DNA from: an uncultured Acidimicrobiaceae bacterium
Lineage (GTDB): Bacteria > Actinomycetota > Acidimicrobiia > Acidimicrobiales > Bog-793
Reading direction: 5' to 3'
NCBI GenBank assembly: GCA_963719125.1
Contig: CAVRAT010000012.1
Coordinates: 133,031 to 197,030, forward strand
DNA: 64,000 nucleotides
Below the pieces are notes generated by a model, which saw only the letters and a program-made list of their open reading frames with translations, was not told the DNA's origin and made no database searches. Of the stretch, positions 8,538-17,258 are shown piece after piece (the stretch's first letter is position 1; each line of letters starts with the position of its first letter). Made by a program: the position numbers and the translations under genes.

Positions 8538-9926
8538 TCAGGAGGGCTCCCTGCGGAGCGCGCTCTTGGCAAGAGTCCGGCCGAACTCGAACAGGAGCGA
8601 GGAGTTGCGGTGGGCATCGTCTAGCACGTCGTCGAGCGCTTCGACGAAGTAGTCCACCTCCTCCTGACCGATGATCAGTGGGGGAAGAAGCTTGACGACG
8701 TTCATGTTGTCCCCGGCCACCTGGGTCAAAATCCGGTGCCGGTGGAACAGCGGTCCGACTACCAGTTGCGAGAAGAGCCCCTTGCGGGCGCTCTCCATCA
8801 TCTTCCAACGAGATTTCAACCCGAAGGAGCTCGGCTCACCGAAAACAAGGCCGATGATCAGCCCCTTGCCGCGCACTTCGTGGAAGAGCTCGTACTTCTC
8901 GACCAGCGGGGCCAGGCCCTTCATGAAGGCCTCGCCGCTCACCCGCGCCCGATCGACGATGTCCTCGTCGTCGATCGTCTGCAAGGTCGCGAGTGCTGCC
9001 ACCATCGCGAGCTGGTTCCGCCCGAAGGTCGAGGAATGGACGACGGCGCGCTCCATCTTCGAATAGACGCGGTCGAAGACCTCCGCTGAGCACATCATCG
9101 CCCCGACGGGGATGAAGCCGCCCGAGAGCGCCTTCGACACCGTGATGATGTCGGGCCGCAAGCCGTAATGCTCATGGGCCCAGAGCTTGCCTGTCCTGCC
9201 GAGGCCGGTCTGGACCTCATCGATGACGAGCAGAGTCCCGTGCTTGCGGCACAGCGCCGCGGCTGCAGCCCAGTACTCGTCCGAAGCGAGATTCACGCCC
9301 TTTCCCTGGATGACCTCGAGGACCAGTGCCGCGACGTCGTCACGCTGGAGCTCTCGCCCTAAAGCGTCGATCTCCCCGAATGGCACCTCGTGGCAGCCAG
9401 GCAGGAGCGCGCCAAAACCCTCGCGGAACTCCTTGCCGCCGTTGAGCGACAGCGCCCCCAAGCTGAGGCCGTGAAACCCGTGATCAGCGTGGAGGATCCG
9501 GGGGCGCTTGGTCGCATACCTCGAGAACTTGATCGCAGCCTCGATTGCCTCCGCGCCCGAGTTGGAGAAGAAACACCGTTGGATCCCGTCATGGGTCCTC
9601 GCCACCAACGCCTCGGCGAGCAATCCGGGCAGCAGCGCCGCATCGAGCTGAACCAGGTTCGGGAGGTTCATGTCGAGTGCCTCGTGCAACGCCTTTTTCA
9701 CCACCGGATGCCCGCGTCCGAGAGCAAAGACACCGAAACCGGCCAGGAAGTCGAGATAGCGCTCCCCGTTCCGGTCGTACAGGTACGAGCCTTCGCCCCT
9801 GACATAAAAGCGGTCGAAGCCGAGCGTCTTCAGCACCTTCACGAGCTGGGGATTCAGGTACTCACTGTGGAGGCGGAAATTCTCACCTTGGCGGGCCTCG
9901 ATCAACGAGCTGAGCTCGAAGGTCAT
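8538..9926 (-). CDS. class-III (PLP) aminotransferase, putrescine/ornithine aminotransferase-like
   Basis: ATG 9926 preceded by GAGGAG. Motifs FLAGFGVFALGRGHP, DEVQTGLGRTG and TVSKALSGG (PLP Lys). Architecture resembles YgjG/PatA. Confidence 0.88.
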   Translation of the reverse strand: MTFELSSLIEARQGENFRLHSEYLNPQLVKVLKTLGFDRFYVRGEGSYLYDRNGERYLDFLAGFGVFALGRGHPVVKKALHEALDMNLPNLVQLDAALLPGLLAEALVARTHDGIQRCFFSNSGAEAIEAAIKFSRYATKRPRILHADHGFHGLSLGALSLNGGKEFREGFGALLPGCHEVPFGEIDALGRELQRDDVAALVLEVIQGKGVNLASDEYWAAAAALCRKHGTLLVIDEVQTGLGRTGKLWAHEHYGLRPDIITVSKALSGGFIPVGAMMCSAEVFDRVYSKMERAVVHSSTFGRNQLAMVAALATLQTIDDEDIVDRARVSGEAFMKGLAPLVEKYELFHEVRGKGLIIGLVFGEPSSFGLKSRWKMMESARKGLFSQLVVGPLFHRHRILTQVAGDNMNVVKLLPPLIIGQEEVDYFVEALDDVLDDAHRNSSLLFEFGRTLAKSALRREPS

Positions 9927-9958
9927 CGGTATTCTCCTCAGCGCTTGCGTTTCGCCAA

Positions 9959-9977
9959 AGCGTAGTAGCGATACGCT
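9959..9977. promoter_or_regulatory. palindrome AGCGTA-N7-TACGCT in the 57-bp divergent intergenic region
   Basis: Perfect 6-nt arms, 7 nt upstream of the lat ATG and 33 nt upstream of the aminotransferase ATG. Confidence 0.3.
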
Positions 9978-9983
9978 CCGGTA

Positions 9984-11327
9984 ATGAAAACGACCCAAGA
10001 TCAGTGCCATATCGCGCCTGACGAGGTCCGTGAGCGCCTCGCCGAGCACATGCTCGTGGACGGCTTCCCCATCGTGCTCGATCTGTCGAAGAGCCACGGG
10101 TGCCACCTGGTCGATGCCAGGGACGGCACCGAGTATCTGGACTTCTACACCTTCTTCGGCTCGGCGCCCCTCGGGATGAACCCCCCCGGGCTCTTCGACG
10201 ACCCGGCGACGCGCGACGAGCTCGTCGAGGCTGCTTCGAACAAGCCGGCCAACGCCGAAGTGCCGACGGTTCAGCTCGCCGAGTTCGTCGCCACTTTCAC
10301 CCGTGTGCTCGGCGACCCGGCGCTGCCCCATCTGTTCCTCATCGAGGGCGGTGCACTCGCTGTCGAGAACACGCTCAAGTGCGCGTTCGACTGGAAGTCC
10401 CGCCGCAACAAGGCGGCCGGGCGCTCACCGGAGCTCGGGACACGGGTCCTTCATCTGAGGCACGCCTTCCACGGCCGCAGCGGCTACACGCTCTCTTTGA
10501 CCAACACGGACCCGGTCAAAACCGACCGCTACCCGAAGTTCGACTGGCCGCGGATCTCCTCGCCCGCCGTGCGCTTCCCGCTCGAGGCCCACCTGGCCGA
10601 GGTCGAGGCCTCCGAACAGCTCGCCCTCGCCGAGGCGAAGGCCGCCTTCGAGGCGCACCCGCACGACATCGCCTGCTTCATCGCCGAGCCCATCCAATGC
10701 GAGGGCGGTGACCGCCACCTCCGCTCCGAGTTCCTGCTGGCCATCCAGGACCTCTGCCTGCGCTACGACGCCTTGTTCGTGGTCGACGAGGTACAGACCG
10801 GAGCGGGCACGACAGGCACGCCATGGTGCTACCAGCAGCTCGGGCTCTCCCCTGACCTCGTCGCCTTCGGCAAGAAGGTGCAACTCGGGGGCGTCATGGC
10901 CGGCAGGCGCGTGGACGAGGTCGTCGACAACGTCTTTGTGACCTCCGGCCGCATCGATTCGACCTGGGGGGGCAACCTCACCGACATGGTGCGCTCCCGC
11001 CGCTTGCTCGAGCTGGTCGAGCAGACCGGTGCCATCGCGAACGCCGCCAGCGTCGGCAACCACCTCCTCGAAAGGTTGGTGGAGCTCGAGCATTCCTGGC
11101 CAACAGCCGTCTCCAATGCCCACGGGCGCGGCTTTGTCGCCGCCATAGACCTTGCGACGCGCGAGCTGCGCGCCTCTGTGCTCAAGAAACTCTGGAGTGA
11201 AGAGCACGTCATAGCCTTCGGATGCGGCGAGCGAACGCTCCGGCTCCGCCCGGCCCTGTCGATGACGGCCGAAGACGTGGACGCCGGCTGCGACGCCATG
11301 AGCCGCGTGGTCGGGAGTCTTGCCTAG
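9984..11327 (+). CDS. lat: L-lysine 6-aminotransferase (L-lysine-epsilon aminotransferase)
   Basis: 447-aa class-III aminotransferase. Its N-terminus (HMLVDGFPIVLDLSKSHGCHLVDARDGTEYLDFYTFFGSAPLGMNPP) and DEVQTGAGTTG match the LAT family. Confidence 0.82.
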   Translation: MKTTQDQCHIAPDEVRERLAEHMLVDGFPIVLDLSKSHGCHLVDARDGTEYLDFYTFFGSAPLGMNPPGLFDDPATRDELVEAASNKPANAEVPTVQLAEFVATFTRVLGDPALPHLFLIEGGALAVENTLKCAFDWKSRRNKAAGRSPELGTRVLHLRHAFHGRSGYTLSLTNTDPVKTDRYPKFDWPRISSPAVRFPLEAHLAEVEASEQLALAEAKAAFEAHPHDIACFIAEPIQCEGGDRHLRSEFLLAIQDLCLRYDALFVVDEVQTGAGTTGTPWCYQQLGLSPDLVAFGKKVQLGGVMAGRRVDEVVDNVFVTSGRIDSTWGGNLTDMVRSRRLLELVEQTGAIANAASVGNHLLERLVELEHSWPTAVSNAHGRGFVAAIDLATRELRASVLKKLWSEEHVIAFGCGERTLRLRPALSMTAEDVDAGCDAMSRVVGSLA

Positions 11328-13003
11328 GGTTTGGGTACCTTCGACGTGCCCGTGTAGCTCACCTTCATAGGGCCGATCGCGTCGAGGTCCACCTCCACGA
11401 GACAAGGCGCCCGCTCGTCCAGCGCCCGCCGGACTGCGGTCGCGTAGGAGTCGACCGACCTGACGCGCTCGGCCCTGATCCCGAACGCTTCTGCCAACCG
11501 GCAGAAGTCGGGCCGTCCCAGATCTACGCCGATGCGCGCTTCGCGCGACCCGTACTGGCTCTCCTGGATGTTTCGCAGTATCCCGTAGCCGCCGTCCACG
11601 AAGACGACGACCACTATGACAAGCCCTTCGGAAGCGACGGTCGCGAGCTCGGCTGCCGAGAGGAGGAAGCCGCCGTCTCCGACCAGGAGCACGACCGGCA
11701 ACACTCGTGAGCCGACGGCGGCGCCGAGAGCATGCGGCAGGCCGAGGCCGATCGCGAAACTGTTCGGCATGATCGAGGTCCTCGGGCGCATCACGGGCAT
11801 CAGTCGGTTGCCCCACGTATAGGCGGAAATGGTCGAGTCCTTCACGACGACGGTACCGGGATCGACTGATCCGGCCAACACGTCGAGGAGGCCAACCTGG
11901 GGTCCGAGCGTCTCGCGCAGCCGCTCCCGGGCTGACCTTGTCGCAGCCACTACACGGCCCGACCACGGTGGCTCCGCAAGAACCTGCGGCGCTCGGATGC
12001 GGTCCAGCTCTGCCAACAAGGCTGCCGTCGAACGCTTCGCGTCACCGACCACCGCGGCTTGTACCGGGTAATTCTTGCCCGCCACGGCGGGGTCGATGTC
12101 CAGCTGCACGAGCCGCGCCGGCAGCTCCATCCTCCAATTCTCCGTGTTCGTCCCCTGAAAGCGCGTCCCGATCGCTACGAGCAGGTCCGCCTCGCGGCAC
12201 AGCGCCCGGACGTCGGGATCCCAGGTGAGGTTGCCGATACACGCGGGATCGCTTTCGGGGATGACCCCGCGCCCGTTCGGGCTCGTCAAGAGCCCGGCGC
12301 CCAGGCGCCGCACGAACCGCTGCACCTCGGCGACGGCATCGGCTGCAACGACCCCTCCGCCGGCCCACACGATGGGCCGCCGGGAACCGGCGATGACCTC
12401 GGCCGCGCGGGCAACCTCGGCGCCGTCAGGCGAGCCCCCCGGCACGGCGAGGCCCTCGAGCTGAGGCAGCTCCGGCTCTGAGTCTGTCGAGGCGTACTGG
12501 AAGTCGATGGGTATCTCAACCGACACTGGACCAAAACGGCCCGTCGTCGCCTCCAGGACTGCTCGCGCGACCGTGGCACCGGTGGCGTCGGCCGATGACG
12601 GCCTGTAACTGGCCTTGGACAGCCGCGCCAGCATGCCGAGCTGGTCGGGCACCTCATGGATAAAGCCCCGCTGCTCGCCCAGGAACCGGCTGTCGATCTG
12701 GCCCGTCAGGTGCAGGACCGGCGATGACGACGCCCACGCCTCGAGGAGGCCCCCCATGGCGTTCGCCGCCCCGGGACCGGTCGATGTGAGACACACGCCG
12801 AGCCGGCCGGTCGTCCGCGCGTACCCGTCGGCCGCACCAGCGGCGCCTTGCTCGTGGCGAACGCCGATCGCGCGAATCCGGCCGTCACGCCTGATCGCGT
12901 CGTAGATCGGGAGGTTGTGAACGCTCGGGATACCGAAGACGACCTCTACTCCGGCGCGTGCGAGCACCTCCACGACCACCTCGCCACCTGTTCGCTCAGT
13001 CAT
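11324..13003 (-). CDS. thiamine-pyrophosphate-dependent enzyme (acetolactate synthase large-subunit-like)
   Basis: 559 aa. N-terminal TPP-pyrimidine domain (VVFGIPSVHNLPIYDA), a central domain, and a C-terminal GDGGF TPP-binding motif. Confidence 0.82.
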   Translation of the reverse strand: MTERTGGEVVVEVLARAGVEVVFGIPSVHNLPIYDAIRRDGRIRAIGVRHEQGAAGAADGYARTTGRLGVCLTSTGPGAANAMGGLLEAWASSSPVLHLTGQIDSRFLGEQRGFIHEVPDQLGMLARLSKASYRPSSADATGATVARAVLEATTGRFGPVSVEIPIDFQYASTDSEPELPQLEGLAVPGGSPDGAEVARAAEVIAGSRRPIVWAGGGVVAADAVAEVQRFVRRLGAGLLTSPNGRGVIPESDPACIGNLTWDPDVRALCREADLLVAIGTRFQGTNTENWRMELPARLVQLDIDPAVAGKNYPVQAAVVGDAKRSTAALLAELDRIRAPQVLAEPPWSGRVVAATRSARERLRETLGPQVGLLDVLAGSVDPGTVVVKDSTISAYTWGNRLMPVMRPRTSIMPNSFAIGLGLPHALGAAVGSRVLPVVLLVGDGGFLLSAAELATVASEGLVIVVVVFVDGGYGILRNIQESQYGSREARIGVDLGRPDFCRLAEAFGIRAERVRSVDSYATAVRRALDERAPCLVEVDLDAIGPMKVSYTGTSKVPKP

Positions 13004-13073
13004 CTCGCTCCCGTCCGGAGTCTCGCGTGATGGGGATCACCGGTCGGCGATACACCCCACAGGTAGCCTCGCT

Positions 13074-14411
13074 TTGATGGACGATCATTCCCGGACTCCC
13101 GACTTCAGTTTCGTCCATGCCGCGGACCTGCATCTTGATACGCCTTTCAAAGGCATCGGTTCAACGGCTCCACACGTGGCCGCCCAGCTTCGCGAAGCTT
13201 CGCTCGCCGCGTTCGACGCCCTCGTCGATCTTTGCCTTCATCGCCACGTTGCCTTCCTGGTGATCGCCGGAGATATCTACGACGGCCCAGAGCGCGGGCT
13301 TCGCGCCCAGCTTCGCTTCCGCGACGGGCTCGCCCGCCTGTCGAGCGCCGGAATCCCCAGCTTTGTCGTGCACGGCAACCACGACCCGGTCGAAACCGGG
13401 TGGTCCGCCCTCGGTGGCGCCTGGCCCGAGCACGTCACTGTCTTCGGCACCGGGACCGTTCAGGCGGTAGCTGTGGAGGTCGGCGGCGTCGCAGTCGCGA
13501 CTGTGCAGGGCATCAGCTTCGCCCAGCGCAGCGAACGCGAGAACCTGGCGTTGCGCTTCGCCCGCGAGGCCGGCCCCGGTCTCCAAGTCGGAGTCCTGCA
13601 CTGCAACGTGCAAGGTGCCGCCGCCGGCTACGACGACTACAGCCCGTGCACTCTCGAGGACTTGCGGAACATCGGCCTCGACTACTGGGCGCTCGGCCAC
13701 GTGCACACCCGCACGGTCCTCTCGGGCCGAAGGGGCTCTGACGAGGCCTGGGCTGTCTACCCTGGCAACCTCCAGGCCCGCAGCCCCAAGCCGAGCGAAC
13801 GAGGGGCAAAAGGTGCGGTCGTCGTTCACGTCAGCGCAGGGCGGGTCCAAGACGTCGAGCCGGTCGGCTGCGATGTCGTGCGGTTCGATCTCGTCGAGCT
13901 CGACATAGGCGAGTTCGACGATCTCGCCGAGCTGCGCGCCCGACTCGTGAGCGCCGCGCGGGATCGGCTCGCTTGCGCGGACGGGCGCGCCCTTGTGCTC
14001 CGCGGGCATCTCGTGGGCCAGGCAGAGCTGCATTTCGACCTCAGGCGCCCGGGAGCACTGGAGGACTTGCTGTCCGCGCTGCGGGCGGACTTCGAAGAGG
14101 ACCAGCCCTTCTGCTGGTGGGACTCTATTGACGACCAGTCGCGTCCGGCCCTCGACCTCGACGCGGCGCGGGGCGGATCGGATTTCGCCACCGATCTCAT
14201 CGCGCTGGCCGACCAGATAAAGCTCAGCCTCTCAGACGACGACGTTGCAGTGGGCAACCTGGCCGCCGACCTCTCCGATGGGCTCCCCGGACCACTCAGG
14301 ACCCGGCGCGCCATCGAACGGCTGCTCAAGTCGCCGAGCCTGCCGCCGGTCGAGCTCATAGATCGTGCCCTCGTGCTCGCGCTCGGCGAGCTCGAGGGCG
14401 ACAGGCGCTGA
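13074..14411 (+). CDS. metallophosphoesterase DNA-repair exonuclease (SbcD / YhaO-SbcF type)
   Basis: Motifs HAADLHLD, IAGDIYD, HGNHD and GHVH. It is followed after 18 nt by the cognate ATPase. Confidence 0.85.
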   Translation: MMDDHSRTPDFSFVHAADLHLDTPFKGIGSTAPHVAAQLREASLAAFDALVDLCLHRHVAFLVIAGDIYDGPERGLRAQLRFRDGLARLSSAGIPSFVVHGNHDPVETGWSALGGAWPEHVTVFGTGTVQAVAVEVGGVAVATVQGISFAQRSERENLALRFAREAGPGLQVGVLHCNVQGAAAGYDDYSPCTLEDLRNIGLDYWALGHVHTRTVLSGRRGSDEAWAVYPGNLQARSPKPSERGAKGAVVVHVSAGRVQDVEPVGCDVVRFDLVELDIGEFDDLAELRARLVSAARDRLACADGRALVLRGHLVGQAELHFDLRRPGALEDLLSALRADFEEDQPFCWWDSIDDQSRPALDLDAARGGSDFATDLIALADQIKLSLSDDDVAVGNLAADLSDGLPGPLRTRRAIERLLKSPSLPPVELIDRALVLALGELEGDRR

Positions 14412-14429
14412 GGCGGGCTGGAGTCCCCC

Positions 14430-17258
14430 ATGCGCATCGTCGGCTTCCACATCGACGGCTTCGGCGCCTTGTCCGACCTCGGCGTCGACGACCTCTCCCC
14501 TGGCCTCGTGGTCATCAGCGGGCCCAACGAGGCCGGCAAGTCGACTCTTTTCGATTTCCTCACGGCGATGCTGTTCGGCTTCCCCGCCCGGCGCGACAAT
14601 CCCCGGTTCCGCGCACCTGTCCGGGGCGGACGCCACGGCGGGCAGCTCACCTTGGCCGAAGGCCGCGGCAACGGATCGGAGAACGGCCCTCAGTGGCGAA
14701 TCGAGCGTCACGCGAGCCCGCACAAGGCCTTGAGCATCCGGCGGAACGACGGGGCCACCGCTAGTGAGGAGGATCTCCGCAGGGCACTCGGCGGTGCGGA
14801 CGAGGCGCTCTTCCGCGCCGTGTTCGCCGTCGACCTCACCGATCTCGGGAACGCCAATGCCCTGAACAGAGACGATGTCAGGGAGCTGCTCTACTCGGCC
14901 AGCATCGTCGGCCAACGCCGGTCCGCGGCCCGCGCCATGAGCAACCTGCAAAAGCAGCGCCTGGAGCTCGCCCGCCCGCGACAAGACGAGGCTCCGGCCA
15001 ACCGTCTGCTGGCCGAGCTCGAGCGCGTTCGCCGCGACCTCACCGAGGCGAGCCGCGAAGCTGTCGGCTATCCCGCGCGACGAGCCGAGCTGCTGCGCCT
15101 GGAGGGCGAAGTGGCCCAAGCGCGCGAGGCGTTGGACCGGAGCGAGCGCCGGACGCGTGACCTCGACCTCCTGATTCGCCTGTGGGACGTGCTTGAGCGC
15201 AAGCGCAAGGCAGAACAGCGCCTTTCGAGTTGGGAGGAACCCGAACCGCTCGCTGCGTGGCTCGAGACGCAGGCCTCAGAGCTCCAATCCTTGCGGTCGG
15301 CGTGCTCCGGCCACCTCGAGCGCGTGAGACTGCTCGGTGACCTGCGCAACCAACGAAGCGGGATCGAACAGTCCATCCGGACGGCAATGGGCTCGCTGGG
15401 CCCGGACTGGGACGGTGACCGCGTCTGCACCAGTGAAGGCTGGATCGGGCTCATGGACGAGGCTCGGCGCTTCAGAGCCTCGCTGGGGGAACTCGAGACT
15501 AGCTGGCGCACGGCCGTCGCCCTCGCCAAGGACGCCGGCTCTGCGGCGGAGATCGTCGGCCTCGGCGACGAGGACAATGGTGCAACGGCCACCGCCTCAC
15601 CCGGTGTGCCGGTGCCGGACCCCGAGCACCAGGCGAAGTTGGTGGGCGAGCTTCGCAAGAACCTCGCCGAGCAGCGCCTGTTGTCCGCACAAAAGCAGGC
15701 GAGCAGCAGCCGGGGGGGTGCGTCTGCCGGCGCGCTCTGGGCCACCAGCGGTGCCTCGATCGCGCTCGTGGCCTTCGCCATTGTCGGCCTCGCTCTCGTC
15801 GCAGCCCTTGCCCCAGGAGAAGCGGCCGTGCGCGTCCTGTGCGCAGTGCTCGCCGCTGCCGGGTGCGTACTGCTGGCTGTCGCGGTCGCATCAAGGCGAC
15901 GGCTGCGCGTCGCCGTGCCCGCAGAAGAGACGGGCCTGAACCGGGCCAGCCAACGCGTGAACGCACGCGTGGCCGATCTCGCCGCGTGTCTGGGACTGCC
16001 CAAGATGCCGAGTGACTCCGACGTCGAGACGGCCGCAGAGGCGATCGAAGATGCCCGCGCGGTCGAACGGGCGCGCGAAGAAGAGCGCCGCCGGACGACC
16101 GCTGCGCTCGAGCGGCGCAGGGTGGCCCACAAATCACTGGAAAAGGCGTCGGACAGCCTCGACGCCGAGCTCTCGGCGTTCACCGCTTGGAAAGTCGCTC
16201 TCGGGTTGGCACCCGCGCTCTCACCCGACGGCGTCCTCGAGAGCTTGGCTGCGCTCCAGACAGCTTGGAAGGACTTCGGGGCGCTCGATCGCGTCGATGC
16301 CAAGATCGACCAGCTGAGCGTGGAGGTCTCCGAATTCGAGGCACGTCTCGGCAAGCTCTCTGCAGGGCTCGGCGAGCTCGGCGGTGACGTTGACTCGCTC
16401 GAGTCCGACCCAGCAGGTGGCCTCGAAGAGCTGTGCACATCGCTCGCCGAAGTGGTCGAGCTTCGAGCGACGAGGGCCTTTTTGCTCGGGGTCGTCGAGG
16501 ACGCAGGCACGGAGCTGGAGCGCTCGTTCGGCCTCGGCGCCCAGGCACGCCTTCTGCGCGCGGAGCTCGAGAGCGGAGAGCTGCTCGCCTGGAACCAAGA
16601 GCAGGAGAATCTCGCCGCTGAGCGGTCCGAGGCCCGCGACCGGCTGGAACGGCTCCTGCGGGCCCACCAGGACGCCTCGAACGAGCTGCGGGACATCGCC
16701 GGGTCGGCCCGCGTGGCAGAGCTCGAGCAGACATGCCTCGCTCTCGAACAGGAGCTCGACGGCGTGCTCAGGTCGTGGGCCGTCCTCGGATGTGCGCGGC
16801 TGCTCCTCGAAGGCACGCTGAAGCGCCACGAGCAGGAGCACCAACCCGCTGTTCTCGCCCGCGCAGGTGACCGCTTCGCAAAGGTGACCAAGGGGCGCTA
16901 CACGCGCCTTCTTCCGTCGCTCGGGGACGAAGGTGGCCGCGGAACCATCAGGGTCCTCTCGTCGGCGGGAGCCGAGATCGACGCCGGCGACTTGAGCCGT
17001 GGGAGCATCGAGCAGCTCTACCTCTGTTTGCGACTCGGACTCGCGGAGACCTTTGCCGAGCGCTCCGAGGCACTCCCGCTCATCCTCGACGATGTGCTCG
17101 TGAACTTCGACCCCGGGCGTGCGGTGCAGGTCGCGGAGGCGCTCGCGGAGACGGCCGAGCACGATCAAGTGCTGTTCATGACCTGCCACTCGCACCTCGA
17201 GGAGCTCGTCCTCAGCGTCGAGCCGCACGCCCAGGTCGTACGGCTCGAGAGGATCTGA
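14430..17258 (+). CDS. Rad50/SbcC-like AAA ATPase (YhaN-SbcE type) with long coiled coils and a central hydrophobic hairpin
   Basis: Walker A GPNEAGKST at the N-terminus. The C-terminus has GSIEQLYLCLRL (signature-like) and LILDDVLVNFD (Walker B). The middle is Leu/Glu/Arg/Ala-rich. Confidence 0.85.
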   Translation: MRIVGFHIDGFGALSDLGVDDLSPGLVVISGPNEAGKSTLFDFLTAMLFGFPARRDNPRFRAPVRGGRHGGQLTLAEGRGNGSENGPQWRIERHASPHKALSIRRNDGATASEEDLRRALGGADEALFRAVFAVDLTDLGNANALNRDDVRELLYSASIVGQRRSAARAMSNLQKQRLELARPRQDEAPANRLLAELERVRRDLTEASREAVGYPARRAELLRLEGEVAQAREALDRSERRTRDLDLLIRLWDVLERKRKAEQRLSSWEEPEPLAAWLETQASELQSLRSACSGHLERVRLLGDLRNQRSGIEQSIRTAMGSLGPDWDGDRVCTSEGWIGLMDEARRFRASLGELETSWRTAVALAKDAGSAAEIVGLGDEDNGATATASPGVPVPDPEHQAKLVGELRKNLAEQRLLSAQKQASSSRGGASAGALWATSGASIALVAFAIVGLALVAALAPGEAAVRVLCAVLAAAGCVLLAVAVASRRRLRVAVPAEETGLNRASQRVNARVADLAACLGLPKMPSDSDVETAAEAIEDARAVERAREEERRRTTAALERRRVAHKSLEKASDSLDAELSAFTAWKVALGLAPALSPDGVLESLAALQTAWKDFGALDRVDAKIDQLSVEVSEFEARLGKLSAGLGELGGDVDSLESDPAGGLEELCTSLAEVVELRATRAFLLGVVEDAGTELERSFGLGAQARLLRAELESGELLAWNQEQENLAAERSEARDRLERLLRAHQDASNELRDIAGSARVAELEQTCLALEQELDGVLRSWAVLGCARLLLEGTLKRHEQEHQPAVLARAGDRFAKVTKGRYTRLLPSLGDEGGRGTIRVLSSAGAEIDAGDLSRGSIEQLYLCLRLGLAETFAERSEALPLILDDVLVNFDPGRAVQVAEALAETAEHDQVLFMTCHSHLEELVLSVEPHAQVVRLERI

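Noticed and set aside
11324-11327. lat and the converging TPP-enzyme gene both stop within one palindromic CTAG
   Set aside because: This is real but trivial: a consequence of tight packing. No functional implication can be supported.
13027-13040. GTGAT-gggg-ATCAC inverted repeat between the TPP-enzyme gene and the SbcD-like gene as a possible SOS/LexA box
   Set aside because: The arms are only 5 nt and do not resemble the actinobacterial LexA consensus (TCGAAC-N4-GTTCGA).
15068-16891. 607-aa ORF antisense to the yhaN-like gene. Similar long antisense ORFs: 26316-27902, 38871-40559, 40799-42214, 45536-47086, 49847-51637, 52499-53797, 57136-58965, 18537-19847
   Set aside because: All are Ser/Arg/Ala/Pro-rich and low in complexity. 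Each lies exactly opposite a well-supported gene and has no motifs. They are treated as shadow ORFs.
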